From the NCBI GenBank assembly GCA_963699125.1, contig OY969417.1, positions 1,205,795 through 1,269,794 on the forward strand: a stretch of 64,000 nt of DNA. The letters run 5' to 3'. Below are positions 11,487 to 22,812 of the stretch, piece after piece. Each line of letters begins with the position of its first letter. Positions within the stretch are counted from its first letter, which is position 1. The notes beneath the pieces were generated by a model. The model saw only the letters and a program-made list of their open reading frames with translations, was not told the origin of the DNA and ran no database searches. The stretch is from an uncultured Actinomycetes bacterium (GTDB taxonomy: Bacteria; Actinomycetota; Thermoleophilia; Solirubrobacterales; 70-9). The position numbers were made by a program, and so were the translations under genes.

Positions 11487-12794
11487 CTAGTCGGTCGCCG
11501 CCGGCTCCGCGACCTGGGCCTTGCCGATGCCCTCGTATTCGAAACCGGCGGCGCGCAGCTTGGAAGCGTCGAGGAAGTTGCGGCCGTCGACCAGCAGCGG
11601 CCGCGCCATTCTCCGCCCCGCCTCGGCCCAGTCGAGCTCGGCGAACTCGCCCCACTCGGTGACCAGCACCGCGGCGTCGGCGCCCTCGAGGGCCTCCAGG
11701 GCGGAGGGTGCCATCTCGACAGCGGGCAACAATTCCGCCGCGCGCTCCTCTGCCACCGGGTCGTAGGCCATCACCTCGACACCCTCGCCCTCCAAACGGG
11801 CGGCTAGAACGAGGCTCGCGGCGTCTCGCATGTCATCGGTATTGGGCTTGAACGAGAGGCCCAACAATGCAACGCGCCGGCCGACCAGCGAGCCCAGGTG
11901 TTCACGGAGCTTGTGGACGACGCGTCGCTTCTGGAGCTCGTTGACCTCGACCACAGCATTGAGAAGCTGAAAGTGGTAGCCGGTGTTGGCGGCCAGCTTT
12001 CGAAGCGCGGATACATCCTTGCCAAAACAGGAGCCCCCGAAGCCTAGGCCCGCCTGCAGGAACTTGGGGCCAATTCGATCGTCCAGCCCCATGCCACGGG
12101 CCACCTCCGAGACATCGGCCCCAACCTCCTCGCAAACGTTGGCGATCTCGTTGATGAACGAGATCTTGGTGGCGAGGAACGTGTTGGACGCCAGCTTGAT
12201 CATCTCGGCGCTGGAAACGTCGGTGCGTACTCGCTCTCCGTCGAGTGGCGCGTAGATCTCTTCCACCGCCTCGGCCGCCCACTCGTTGCCGGGATCAGCG
12301 CCGATGACAACCCGGTCGGGGTGCATGAAGTCATCGATCGCCGAGCCCTCCTTGAGGAACTCCGGGCAGGAGGCGTACGTGGTGTCGTTCAGCTCGTGCT
12401 GAATTTTGCGTCCCGTCCCAACCGGGACGGTGGACTTCATCACGAGAGCGTGGCTGGAGTCCCCGCGCAGCTCGTCGACCACCGACATCACCCGCCCGAG
12501 ATCGGCGTCGCCAGAGTAGGTCGGCGGGGTGTCGACGCAGACGAACAGCAGGCGCGCGCCCTCCAGCAGCTCCGCCATCTCGGTGGTGAAGGTGAGGCGC
12601 TCGGCGTTGCGGCGCAGCATCTCGTCGAGGCCGGGCTCGTGGATCGTCGTCTCGCCCCGCGAAAGTGCCTCCACCTTCTCGGCCAGGATGTCGCGAGCGA
12701 TCACCGGGTGGCCCAGCTCGGCGAAGCAGGCGGCGGTAACCAGGCCCACCCAGCCGACCCCGATCACGCCCACCGGCTCTCGTTGCTCGCTCAT
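11487..12794 (-). CDS. ugd: UDP-glucose/GDP-mannose dehydrogenase family protein (probably UDP-glucose 6-dehydrogenase)
   Basis: Rossmann motif VIGVGWVGLVTAACFAELGH, then IHEPGLDEML and the catalytic-Cys motif GFGGSCFGKDV. Confidence 0.85.
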   Translation of the reverse strand: MSEQREPVGVIGVGWVGLVTAACFAELGHPVIARDILAEKVEALSRGETTIHEPGLDEMLRRNAERLTFTTEMAELLEGARLLFVCVDTPPTYSGDADLGRVMSVVDELRGDSSHALVMKSTVPVGTGRKIQHELNDTTYASCPEFLKEGSAIDDFMHPDRVVIGADPGNEWAAEAVEEIYAPLDGERVRTDVSSAEMIKLASNTFLATKISFINEIANVCEEVGADVSEVARGMGLDDRIGPKFLQAGLGFGGSCFGKDVSALRKLAANTGYHFQLLNAVVEVNELQKRRVVHKLREHLGSLVGRRVALLGLSFKPNTDDMRDAASLVLAARLEGEGVEVMAYDPVAEERAAELLPAVEMAPSALEALEGADAAVLVTEWGEFAELDWAEAGRRMARPLLVDGRNFLDASKLRAAGFEYEGIGKAQVAEPAATD

Positions 12795-14428
12795 CCCTTC
12801 TTACCCCCCTGCTTCGGCTTTTTCTTCGGCACGATCACGTCGGCCGAGCGCGCCATCCCGACCATCTGGTCGTTGGTCATGGTCTGCAACAGGTCGTTGG
12901 CGATCCAGTAGCTGTTTTCGCCGCGGCGCCAGGCAATCATCTTGACCCGATCGCCGTCGACGTAGATGTCGTAGTCGCGGCCGTTGATCGTCTTGGTCAG
13001 GCTCGGGTTGTTGAGGATCGGCGGATCGTCCCAGCCGCGGATCCCCTGCACGCCGAAGTAGTGGTTGCCGTCCGACAGTTCCGCGACCAGGACCATCCGG
13101 TAGGCGGCGTGGCGGTTGCCGTCGTCGTCTTTGAGGTGGTAGACGCGCGGGTCCTGGACGTGCTCGTAGCTGTTGCTTTCCACGTAGTGGGCCTCGGGGG
13201 GAAGCCGGGTCGGGTAGAAGATCGGGAAGCCGCCGTCGACCCTGCGCGCCGCCGTCTTCGCCTCGGCTTCGCCCGCTTCGCGCGCCGGCACCAGCCCGTC
13301 GCTGCCGGGCGGCTTCGGCTTGGCGATGTGTGGCTTCTCCCGCTTCGGCTTCTTCCCCTTGCCCTTCTTGCCGCCTTTGGCGCTGCTTTCCGCTTCCCCT
13401 TCTTCGAGCGAACCGCGCGAGCCGCCGCTGGCTTCGATCCCGAGGAACAGGTTGACGGCTTCGTGGACCGCTTGCGGCGTCGTGTAGACGTAGCTGGGCC
13501 CGAGTTCGGCCGGGAAGTGGACCTCCTTGATCGAGGCGTTGCGGGAGGCGAGGAAGAGTTTTAGCACCTGCAACATCGTTTCCTTGTCGTTGATGTCGGA
13601 GGTGGTGTATTTGGTGAAGATGTCGATCAGGCCGCTCTGGTCGAAGACCAGATCCTGCACCGAGATCCGCTGGCGGGCGGCGCTGATGAAGTCCTGCTGG
13701 CGCGCCGAGCGGACCAGGTCGGTGTCGGTGTGGCGGTAGCGGACGTACTGCAGTGCTTTCTTGCCACAGAGCAGCTGGTAGCCAGACTGGACGTTGATTT
13801 CCGCGTACTGTTCGGACGGTGCCACGCCGAGGTTGGAGTGGTAGTAGCGACGGTCGACGTCGGTGTAGACGCAGCCGATCGCGTAGACGGCGCGGACGAA
13901 GCCGAGGAAGTCGACGTTGACGACGTGGTTGATCGGCAGCCCGGTCAGTTGCTTGACCGTTTGCAGCGTCAATTTGGGCCCACCGTAGGCATAGGCTTCG
14001 TTGAACTTGCCGGTGCCGTAGCCGGGGATTTCGACCTTGAGGTCGCGCGGGATCGAGATCACCGCGATCGCGTTGCGGTCGGGGTCGAGGCGGAGCAGCA
14101 TCGTCGTGTCCGAGCGACCCGGGTCTTCCTCCAGGTTGGCCCGCTTGTCGGAGCCGAGGATGAGGATGTTCTGGGCCTCGCCGCCGTCGACCGTGGCCAG
14201 GTAGCGCTTCAGCTTGTTGCTGTAGACGTTGTTGTGCGAGAGCGCCTCGGCGATGCTGTCGAGGTAGAGGAGGACGCTCGTCGCCGTCGCCGCGGCGGCG
14301 ACGGCGACGATCAGGATCGAGCCGATCGTGAAGCGCAGCCAGTAGCGCTTCGGCTTCGGCGGCGCCTCGTGGTCGCCCGAGGGCGGCGGCTTCTTCGGGG
14401 CCATGCCCGGCCCCTGCGCCTCAGTCAT
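12791..14428 (-). CDS. LytR-CpsA-Psr (LCP) family cell-envelope glycopolymer transferase with extra C-terminal domain
   Basis: One TM helix followed by NILILGSDKR...RSDTTMLLRLDP...ISIPRDL. The start is set at ATG 14428, 2 nt after the upstream M20 stop; the track start 14536 overlaps that gene. Confidence 0.85.
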   Translation of the reverse strand: MTEAQGPGMAPKKPPPSGDHEAPPKPKRYWLRFTIGSILIVAVAAAATATSVLLYLDSIAEALSHNNVYSNKLKRYLATVDGGEAQNILILGSDKRANLEEDPGRSDTTMLLRLDPDRNAIAVISIPRDLKVEIPGYGTGKFNEAYAYGGPKLTLQTVKQLTGLPINHVVNVDFLGFVRAVYAIGCVYTDVDRRYYHSNLGVAPSEQYAEINVQSGYQLLCGKKALQYVRYRHTDTDLVRSARQQDFISAARQRISVQDLVFDQSGLIDIFTKYTTSDINDKETMLQVLKLFLASRNASIKEVHFPAELGPSYVYTTPQAVHEAVNLFLGIEASGGSRGSLEEGEAESSAKGGKKGKGKKPKREKPHIAKPKPPGSDGLVPAREAGEAEAKTAARRVDGGFPIFYPTRLPPEAHYVESNSYEHVQDPRVYHLKDDDGNRHAAYRMVLVAELSDGNHYFGVQGIRGWDDPPILNNPSLTKTINGRDYDIYVDGDRVKMIAWRRGENSYWIANDLLQTMTNDQMVGMARSADVIVPKKKPKQGGKKG

Positions 14429-15512
14429 CGCCGACCTGACCCGGGATCGACCGCAGGAAGGACTCGAGCGCCTGCCGATAAGTCTCCAGCGAGGAGACCG
14501 AGACCCACTCCTCCGGGCCGTGGTGGCCAGCGCCAACCGGGCCGAACTCTACCGCCGGCACCCCCACCCGCAGAAAGGAGACCGCATCGGAGGCGCCATC
14601 GCGGCCGACGCTCATCGGCTCGCCGTGATGGTGCTCGGCCGCAGAGGTGCGGAGTGCCCGCACGAAGGGGGACTCGCGGTCGACGGTCGCCGGCGGCCGC
14701 GTGAAGAGGGCTCTCGCCTCGATCCCCGGCAGGCCGCGAACGTCCGCCAGGATGGCGGCGGGGTCCTGGTCGGGCAGATAGCGGATATCGACGTCGATCA
14801 CGCATCGGTCGGGCACCTTGTTGAGCGCGTCCCCGCCCCAGATCCGGCCCAGGTTGATCGAGGGGCGGTCGAACAGCTCCGAGCTGTGCCGGGCAAACGG
14901 TAGCGACTCGATACTGCGGAAAACGTCGATCGCGTTGAGCACGGCGTTGTCGCCCAGCCAGGGCGTGGCGCCGTGGGCGGCGGTCCCCCCCACCTCGAGC
15001 CGCAGCGCCAGCACCCCCTTCGCCTCGATCCCGATATGGAGATCAGTCGGCTCGCCGGTGATCGCGAAGTCGCCGATGAAGCCGCTGTCGACGAGATGGT
15101 CCGAGCCGCGCTCGGCCTCCTCCTCGGACTCCTCGTCGCCGACGATCCCCAGTCGCACCCGGACCCCGTCCTGGTCGCTCATCTTCGCCAGGGTGATCAA
15201 CATCGCCGCCAGCGCCCCCTTCATGTCGTAGGCGCCGCGGCCGTAGAGCCGGTCCCCCTCGACCCGCGGCTCAAACTGGCCGGCGCGACCGGGGACGACG
15301 TCGAGGTGGCCGTGCAGCACCACCGTCGGCGCGTCGTCCGGTCCGACCGAAGCCTTGATCACGGGCAACCCCCGCACCTCATCCCGCTCCGCCTCGATCC
15401 CCCGAGCCTCCAGCCACCCCTTGACGAACCCGGCGGCCTCCGAAACCCCCTCCGGCTCGACCGTCTCGATCCCGATCAGCCGCTCCGCAAGCGCGACAAG
15501 CTCTTGATTCAT
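14421..15512 (-). CDS. M20 family metallopeptidase (ArgE/DapE-like)
   Basis: Motifs HGHLDVVPG, GRGAYDMKG and IVGDEESEE. The start is set at ATG 15512 (MNQELVALAERL); the track start 15557 lies inside a repeat hairpin. Confidence 0.85.
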   Translation of the reverse strand: MNQELVALAERLIGIETVEPEGVSEAAGFVKGWLEARGIEAERDEVRGLPVIKASVGPDDAPTVVLHGHLDVVPGRAGQFEPRVEGDRLYGRGAYDMKGALAAMLITLAKMSDQDGVRVRLGIVGDEESEEEAERGSDHLVDSGFIGDFAITGEPTDLHIGIEAKGVLALRLEVGGTAAHGATPWLGDNAVLNAIDVFRSIESLPFARHSSELFDRPSINLGRIWGGDALNKVPDRCVIDVDIRYLPDQDPAAILADVRGLPGIEARALFTRPPATVDRESPFVRALRTSAAEHHHGEPMSVGRDGASDAVSFLRVGVPAVEFGPVGAGHHGPEEWVSVSSLETYRQALESFLRSIPGQVGDD

Positions 15513-15540
15513 GATCCAAGCGTCCCTCGGCTCCAGGTCC

Positions 15541-15581
15541 CGTGGTTCCTTTGGCACCCGTAACGTCTCAAAGGAACCACG
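15541..15581. repeat. CGTGGTTCC-family hairpin (copy 1)
   Basis: CGTGGTTCCTTTG 15541-15553 pairs perfectly with CAAAGGAACCACG 15569-15581. Confidence 0.9.
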
Positions 15582-15610
15582 CGCCGAGGTTCGGATCGTA
15601 CCCCGGCATC

Positions 15611-15652
15611 GCGTGGTTCCTTAGTGACCTCATTCGTCCCAAAGGAACCACG
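15611..15652. repeat. CGTGGTTCC-family hairpin (copy 2)
   Basis: GCGTGGTTCCTT pairs with AAGGAACCACGC. The loop contains CTCATTCGTC, as does copy 3. Confidence 0.9.
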
Positions 15653-15692
15653 CGCTGGAGGGCAGCGCCAACTTGGGGATTGGGAGGGACTT

Positions 15693-15846
15693 GCAGGGGG
15701 AGCCGGTGCCCCTCCGCGGGAATGTGCGCGAAGCGCGCGGAAATGCAATCCGGTCCCTGCGCCCCATAGGGGCGCAGCATGTTTTGGAGCTGCGCCCGAC
15801 AGGGCGCGCGACTGAATTCCCGCGGAGGGGTACCGGCTCCCCCTGC
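15693..15846. repeat. 154-nt composite palindrome abutting the atpC stop
   Basis: The 31-nt arms 15693-15723 and 15816-15846 are reverse complements with one mismatch. There are inner hairpins, for example CTGCGCCCC-ATA-GGGGCGCAG. The right arm ends 1 nt before the atpC stop codon (15847-15849). Confidence 0.85.
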
Positions 15847-16260
15847 TCATCCCTGCGCTATCGCGAGGAAAGCTTCCGCTCGATCCCGGTCTTTCGCCGC
15901 CCGCGCGAAGTCGGCGCTGCCGGCCTCGTGCTCGGAGCAGCGCCGCTCGGCGTCGGCGAGCTGGTCTTTCAGCGTCCCCGGGTCGAGGTCCTCCGGAGCG
16001 ATCGCCTCCTCGACGAGGAGGCGGGCACGGTTGCCGAAGATCTGCAGCCAGCCGTGGGCCTGGGCGTAGCGCCTGGTCTCCGTCTCGGAGACGTGCAGGC
16101 GCAGCTCCGCCGGCCGCAGTGCCGCCAGCAGCGGCGCGTGGTTGGCGAGGATGCCGAGCTCGCCGGTCTCGCTGCGGGTCGAGACCTGGCGCACCTCGCC
16201 CGCGAAGACCTCCCCCTCCGGGGTCAGGACCTCAACGTCCAGGGTGTGCTCGGAGGCCAC
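15847..16260 (-). CDS. atpC: F0F1 ATP synthase subunit epsilon
   Basis: 137-aa ORF with LDVEVLTPEGEVFAGEV...GELGILANHAPLLAAL. It is the last gene of the atp operon. Confidence 0.9.
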   Translation of the reverse strand: MASEHTLDVEVLTPEGEVFAGEVRQVSTRSETGELGILANHAPLLAALRPAELRLHVSETETRRYAQAHGWLQIFGNRARLLVEEAIAPEDLDPGTLKDQLADAERRCSEHEAGSADFARAAKDRDRAEAFLAIAQG

Positions 16261-16270
16261 TCGGATCTCC

Positions 16271-18647
<2,377 letters not shown>

Positions 18648-18710
18648 GACAGCTTCGCTAGCTCCAGCTCGGGGAAGGGGTCGTCAGCCGGGGACGTGAC
18701 TCCCGGGGGG

Positions 18711-18789
18711 TGGCGTCGTTTTGGGGGACCACCCCGAGGAGGCGGCGCCAGCCGCCCCCGCAGCGGGTGGTGGCACCAAAACGACGACA
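18711..18789. repeat. structured inverted repeat inside the 156-nt atpA-atpG spacer
   Basis: TGGCGTCGTTTTGG 18711-18724 pairs with CCAAAACGACGACA 18776-18789 (one mismatch). The inner stem is GGCGGC-GCCA-GCCGCC. Confidence 0.7.
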
Positions 18790-18803
18790 GGACCCGCCGG
18801 GCC

Positions 18804-20420
18804 TCATGCCGTCGCGGCCTCCTCCACCCGACTAGGAGCCTGGCGCTCTTCAGCTGACTTGACCCGGTCGGACTCGCCCTCCTCGAGGGGTTCGCCGTGC
18901 TCGTCGAAGTCGGGGCCGAAGTCGTCGACGAAGTCCTTGATCGCCGCGCCCAGCTCCTCCTCATCGGCCTCCTCGAGCTTGCCGCTCTCCTCGATCCGCT
19001 TCAACAGCTCGGCCTTCTCGGAGTGGAGGCGGACCCGCAGGTCGGCAAGGAACTCGCCCACCCGCTCGACTTTGATCCGGTCGAGGAAGCCGCCGGTGCC
19101 AGAGTAGATCGAGGCAACCTGGTCGCCGACGCTGAGCGGTTCGCGCTCCTTCTGTTTCAGCAGCTCGACCAGCCGTTCGCCGCGGGTCAGCGCTTTCTGG
19201 GTCTCGGCGTCGAGCTCGGAGCCGAACTGGGCGAAGGCCTCGAGGTCGCGGTACTGGGAGAGGTCGAGGCGCAGTTTTCCGGCGACCTTCTTCATCGCCT
19301 TGGTCTGCGCGTTGCCGCCCACCCGCGAGACCGAGATACCGACGTTGATCGCTGGCCGCACGCCGGAGAAGAAGAGGTCGGACTCGAGGAAGATCTGGCC
19401 GTCGGTGATCGAGATCACGTTGGTCGGGATGTAGGCGGAGACGTCGGAGGCCTGGGTCTCGATGATCGGCAGCGCCGTCAGCGAGCCGCCGCCGAGCTCG
19501 TCGTTGAGCTTGACCGCCCGCTCCAGCAACCGCGAGTGCAGGTAGAAGACGTCGCCCGGGTAGGCCTCGCGTCCGGGCGGGCGCCGCAGCAGCAGCGACA
19601 TCTGGCGGTAGGCGTAGGCGTGTTTGGTGAGGTCGTCGTAGACGCAGAGCGCGGCCTTGCCGTTGTAGAGGAAGTGCTCGCCCATCGCGCAGCCGGCGTA
19701 GGGGGCGATGTACTTGATCGGCGCCGCCTCGTCGGCGGGGGCGGCGACGATGATCGTGTTCTCCATCGCCCCGTTCTCCTCGAGCACCTCTTTCAGCTGC
19801 ACGACGGTCGACATCCGCTGCCCGATCGCGACGTAGATGCAGACCATGTCCTTGTCGCGGGCGTTGATGATCGTGTCGATCGCGATCGCGGTCTTGCCGG
19901 TCTGGCGGTCACCGATGATCAGCTCTCGCTGGCCACGGCCGATCGGGATCATCCCGTCGATCGCCATCAGGCCGGTCTGAACCGGTTCGGTCACCGGCTG
20001 GCGCTGGACGACGCCGGGCGCTTTGAACTCGGCCGGGCGGGTCTCGGTGGTGGCGATCTCGCCGCGGTTGTCGAGCGGGCGCCCGAGCGGGTCGACCATG
20101 CGGCCCAGCAGCTGCTCGCCGACGGGGATCTGCAGCAGGTGGCCGGTGCGCTTGACGGTGTCGCCCTCGACGATCTTGTCCCACTCGCCGAACAACACGA
20201 CGCCGACATTGTCGGCGTCGAGGTTGAGGGCCAGGCCCGTCACCCCGTGCGGCAGCTCGAGCATCTCCAGCGCCATGCAGTTGTCGAGGCCGTGGACGCG
20301 GGCGATGCCGTCGGCCACGGAGAGGACGGTGCCCACCTCCGAGAGGTCGGCGGAATCCGCCTCCAACCCCTCGATCCGCTCGCGCAGGATGCTTGCGATC
20401 TCGTCCGGCTTGATCTCCAT
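18804..20420 (-). CDS. atpA: F0F1 ATP synthase subunit alpha, with acidic C-terminal extension
   Basis: Walker [16 protein letters not shown]. 538 aa, with a tail [33 protein letters not shown] beyond the usual end. Confidence 0.97.
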   Translation of the reverse strand: MEIKPDEIASILRERIEGLEADSADLSEVGTVLSVADGIARVHGLDNCMALEMLELPHGVTGLALNLDADNVGVVLFGEWDKIVEGDTVKRTGHLLQIPVGEQLLGRMVDPLGRPLDNRGEIATTETRPAEFKAPGVVQRQPVTEPVQTGLMAIDGMIPIGRGQRELIIGDRQTGKTAIAIDTIINARDKDMVCIYVAIGQRMSTVVQLKEVLEENGAMENTIIVAAPADEAAPIKYIAPYAGCAMGEHFLYNGKAALCVYDDLTKHAYAYRQMSLLLRRPPGREAYPGDVFYLHSRLLERAVKLNDELGGGSLTALPIIETQASDVSAYIPTNVISITDGQIFLESDLFFSGVRPAINVGISVSRVGGNAQTKAMKKVAGKLRLDLSQYRDLEAFAQFGSELDAETQKALTRGERLVELLKQKEREPLSVGDQVASIYSGTGGFLDRIKVERVGEFLADLRVRLHSEKAELLKRIEESGKLEEADEEELGAAIKDFVDDFGPDFDEHGEPLEEGESDRVKSAEERQAPSRVEEAATA

Positions 20421-20438
20421 CGGGTGCTCTATGCCTCC

Positions 20439-20972
20439 TTACGCCGCCTGGGCGACGCTCTTTCGAAGTTTCTCCAAGCGACTGCGGATGCTCGCGTCGA
20501 GGACCATGTTTCCAACCTGCAAAACGACGCCGCCAAGGATGTCCGCGTCGACGCGGCTGGCCAGCTCGACCTCCTGGCCGGTCTGCTGCTCGATCTCGGC
20601 GCCGATCTTGTTCACCACCGCCGGATCGAGGTCGACGGCGCTGGTCACGGTCACCTCGATGCGGCGGTTCTCGTGCTTCCAAAGCTCCTCGAATTGGCGG
20701 CGGATGCGGAAGATCTCCGGCACCCGCCCCTTTTCGATCAGCAGCTCGAGGAAGTTGACGAACTCCGGGTCGGCGCCGGAGACCGCCCGCTTCACTCCCC
20801 CGATCTTCTCGGCCGAGGAGAAGTAGGGGCTGAAGAAGAAGACCTGCAGATCGTGGTTGCCTTCGACGGCATCGGCGAACTGGGCCAGCTGATCGCGGAT
20901 CGCATCGAGCTTGCCCTTCTCCTTCGCGACCTCGAAGAGGGCGTCGGCGTAGACGTGGGCGGCGTCCGGCAT
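20439..20972 (-). CDS. atpH: F0F1 ATP synthase subunit delta (OSCP)
   Basis: 177-aa ORF with YADALFEVAKEKGKLDAI and a C-terminal GGVVLQVGNMVLDASIRSRLEKL. Confidence 0.9.
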   Translation of the reverse strand: MPDAAHVYADALFEVAKEKGKLDAIRDQLAQFADAVEGNHDLQVFFFSPYFSSAEKIGGVKRAVSGADPEFVNFLELLIEKGRVPEIFRIRRQFEELWKHENRRIEVTVTSAVDLDPAVVNKIGAEIEQQTGQEVELASRVDADILGGVVLQVGNMVLDASIRSRLEKLRKSVAQAA

Positions 20973-20975
20973 CTC

Positions 20976-21557
20976 TCAGTTCTCCGAGCCCGACAGCTTC
21001 GAGAAGTCGACCTCGCCCAGCGCCTCCTCGACCAGGCGGCGCTGGTCGGAGGCGTCGAGGCTCTTGCGGGTCACCTTCTCGGTCGCCAGCACGGTCAGGT
21101 CGGCGACCTCCTGCCGGATCTGCTCCAGCGAGCGCCGGGTCTCGGCCTCGATGTCGCGCTTCGCCGCGGCGACCAGCTCCTCGCGTTTCTCCTTGCCGGC
21201 CGCGGTCGCCTCGGCCTCCGCCGTCTCGGCGGCCTTGCGGGCGCGGGCCATGATGTCGTCGGCCTGCTCGCGGGCCTCCGCCAGCCGGCCGCGGTACTCG
21301 GCCAGCAGCTCGTCGGATTCGCGGCGCTGGCGCTCGGCCGCGTCGATCGACTCCGCGATCGTCTTCGCCCGCTTGTCCAGGGCCTCCTGGATTTTCGGGA
21401 AGGCGAGCTTGCTCAAGACCCACATCGTGAACAGGAAGAGGACGAGGGTCCAGATCATCAGGCCGAGACCGGGCGAGACGAGGAAGCTGCCACCGCCTTC
21501 CTCCCCCGTCGCCTCCGCCGCCAGCGGGATCGCGGCTATGTAGCCGAGCAGCTCCAT
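20976..21557 (-). CDS. atpF: F0F1 ATP synthase subunit b
   Basis: One N-terminal TM helix, then a long charged coiled coil (LDKRAKTIAESIDAAERQRRESDELLAEY). Its position in the operon also fits. Confidence 0.9.
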   Translation of the reverse strand: MELLGYIAAIPLAAEATGEEGGGSFLVSPGLGLMIWTLVLFLFTMWVLSKLAFPKIQEALDKRAKTIAESIDAAERQRRESDELLAEYRGRLAEAREQADDIMARARKAAETAEAEATAAGKEKREELVAAAKRDIEAETRRSLEQIRQEVADLTVLATEKVTRKSLDASDQRRLVEEALGEVDFSKLSGSEN

Positions 21558-21561
21558 TGGC

Positions 21562-21828
21562 TTACAGGAAGAAGGCGATCAGGCCGAAGATGAACGTGTA
21601 GAAGGCCACGGCCTCGGTCAGCGCGAAGCCGAGCCAGCGAATGCTCTGGAGCTCGTCTTTCATCTCCGGCTGGCGGGCGACCGACTCGATCTCCTTGCCG
21701 AAGATGATGCCGATGCCGATGCCGGCGCCGATCGAGCCGAGGCCGGCGCCGACGCCGAGGGCTATCGCCTTGCCGGCAGATTCGATGCCTTCGTCGGAGA
21801 TGGCGGCGACGACAGGGGACAGGTCCAT
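21562..21828 (-). CDS. atpE: F0F1 ATP synthase subunit c
   Basis: 88-aa two-helix hairpin with GAGIGIGIIFGKEIESVARQPE and carboxylate helix LTEAVAFY. Confidence 0.93.
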   Translation of the reverse strand: MDLSPVVAAISDEGIESAGKAIALGVGAGLGSIGAGIGIGIIFGKEIESVARQPEMKDELQSIRWLGFALTEAVAFYTFIFGLIAFFL

Positions 21829-21846
21829 TGGAACAGTGCTCCTTTT

Positions 21847-22812
21847 CTAGTGACTGGCGGAGGTGGCTCCGCCGAGGTAGATGGCAGTGAGGGTCGAGAA
21901 GATAAATGCCTGCAGCGTTGCGATCAGCCCGACCTCGAGGATGAAGAAGAAGAAGGCGAGCGGGAAGGTCAGGGCGCCGAGGGCGGCGATGCCGAGCAAC
22001 ACCGCCAACCCGCCGCCCATGAAGAGCAGCAGCAGGTGGCCGGCGAGGATGTTGGCGAAGAGACGGACGGAGAGCGAGATCAGGCGGGCGAAGTGGGAGA
22101 TCGCCTCGATCACGAAGATGAAGCCCTTGGCGACCGGGTTCATGTCCTCGAGGCCGGGCGGCAGCCAGCTGGCGAGGTACTTGACGGGCCCCTTGGCCCG
22201 GACGCCTTCGACGTGGTAGGCGACCCAGACGACGAGGGTCAGGACCAGCGGGATCGAGAGGTTGGCCGTCGCCGCGTAGATCGCGAAGGAGGGGATCTCG
22301 AGACCGAATACGTCCACCGTGTGCTCGGTGTTGGTCGGCAGCGGCAGGAAGCCGATCATGTTCGAGAACCAGATCCAGAAGAAGAGGGCGGCGAGGAACG
22401 GGAACCAGCGGCTGGCCATCTTCGGTTCCATGTTGCCGCCGGTGATCGTGTTCTTGGTCATGTCGTAGGCGACCTCGATCGCGGTCTGCACCCGGTTCGG
22501 CTTTTGCTGCATGCGGCGCGAGATCCAGACCATCGTCACGATCGTCAGGGCGCTGGCGAGCAGCAGGTAGAGAACCGCCTTGTTGATGCTGAGGTCGACC
22601 CCGCCGAGGTGGATCGAGATCCACGGTTCGAGCTTGAACTCGTTCTGCGGCTGGAAGGATTCGTCTTTGCCGGAGCTGCCGAAGATCAGCAGCATCAGGA
22701 TCGCGATACCGAGGTAGACGCCCAGCCCGATGAAGACCTTGGCTTTGGTGCTGAGCCCGCCGGCCTTCGAAGCGCTGTCGGGCGCCTCGACCGTGGCCTG
22801 ATCTGCGCTCAT
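21847..22812 (-). CDS. atpB: F0F1 ATP synthase subunit a
   Basis: Polytopic membrane protein with LSVRLFANILAGHLLL (essential Arg motif). The start overlaps the upstream stop (ATGA). Confidence 0.93.
   Translation of the reverse strand: MSADQATVEAPDSASKAGGLSTKAKVFIGLGVYLGIAILMLLIFGSSGKDESFQPQNEFKLEPWISIHLGGVDLSINKAVLYLLLASALTIVTMVWISRRMQQKPNRVQTAIEVAYDMTKNTITGGNMEPKMASRWFPFLAALFFWIWFSNMIGFLPLPTNTEHTVDVFGLEIPSFAIYAATANLSIPLVLTLVVWVAYHVEGVRAKGPVKYLASWLPPGLEDMNPVAKGFIFVIEAISHFARLISLSVRLFANILAGHLLLLFMGGGLAVLLGIAALGALTFPLAFFFFILEVGLIATLQAFIFSTLTAIYLGGATSASH

Noticed and set aside
18897-21593. 898-aa plus-strand ORF, together with the 504-aa and 457-aa minus-strand alternate-frame ORFs, across the atp operon
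   Set aside because: They lie antisense to, or out of frame with, unmistakable atpA/H/F/E/B genes. Their composition is Arg/Gly/Ala/Asp/Pro-dominated with no motifs. Such ORFs are the expected result of stop-codon scarcity in ~70% GC DNA.
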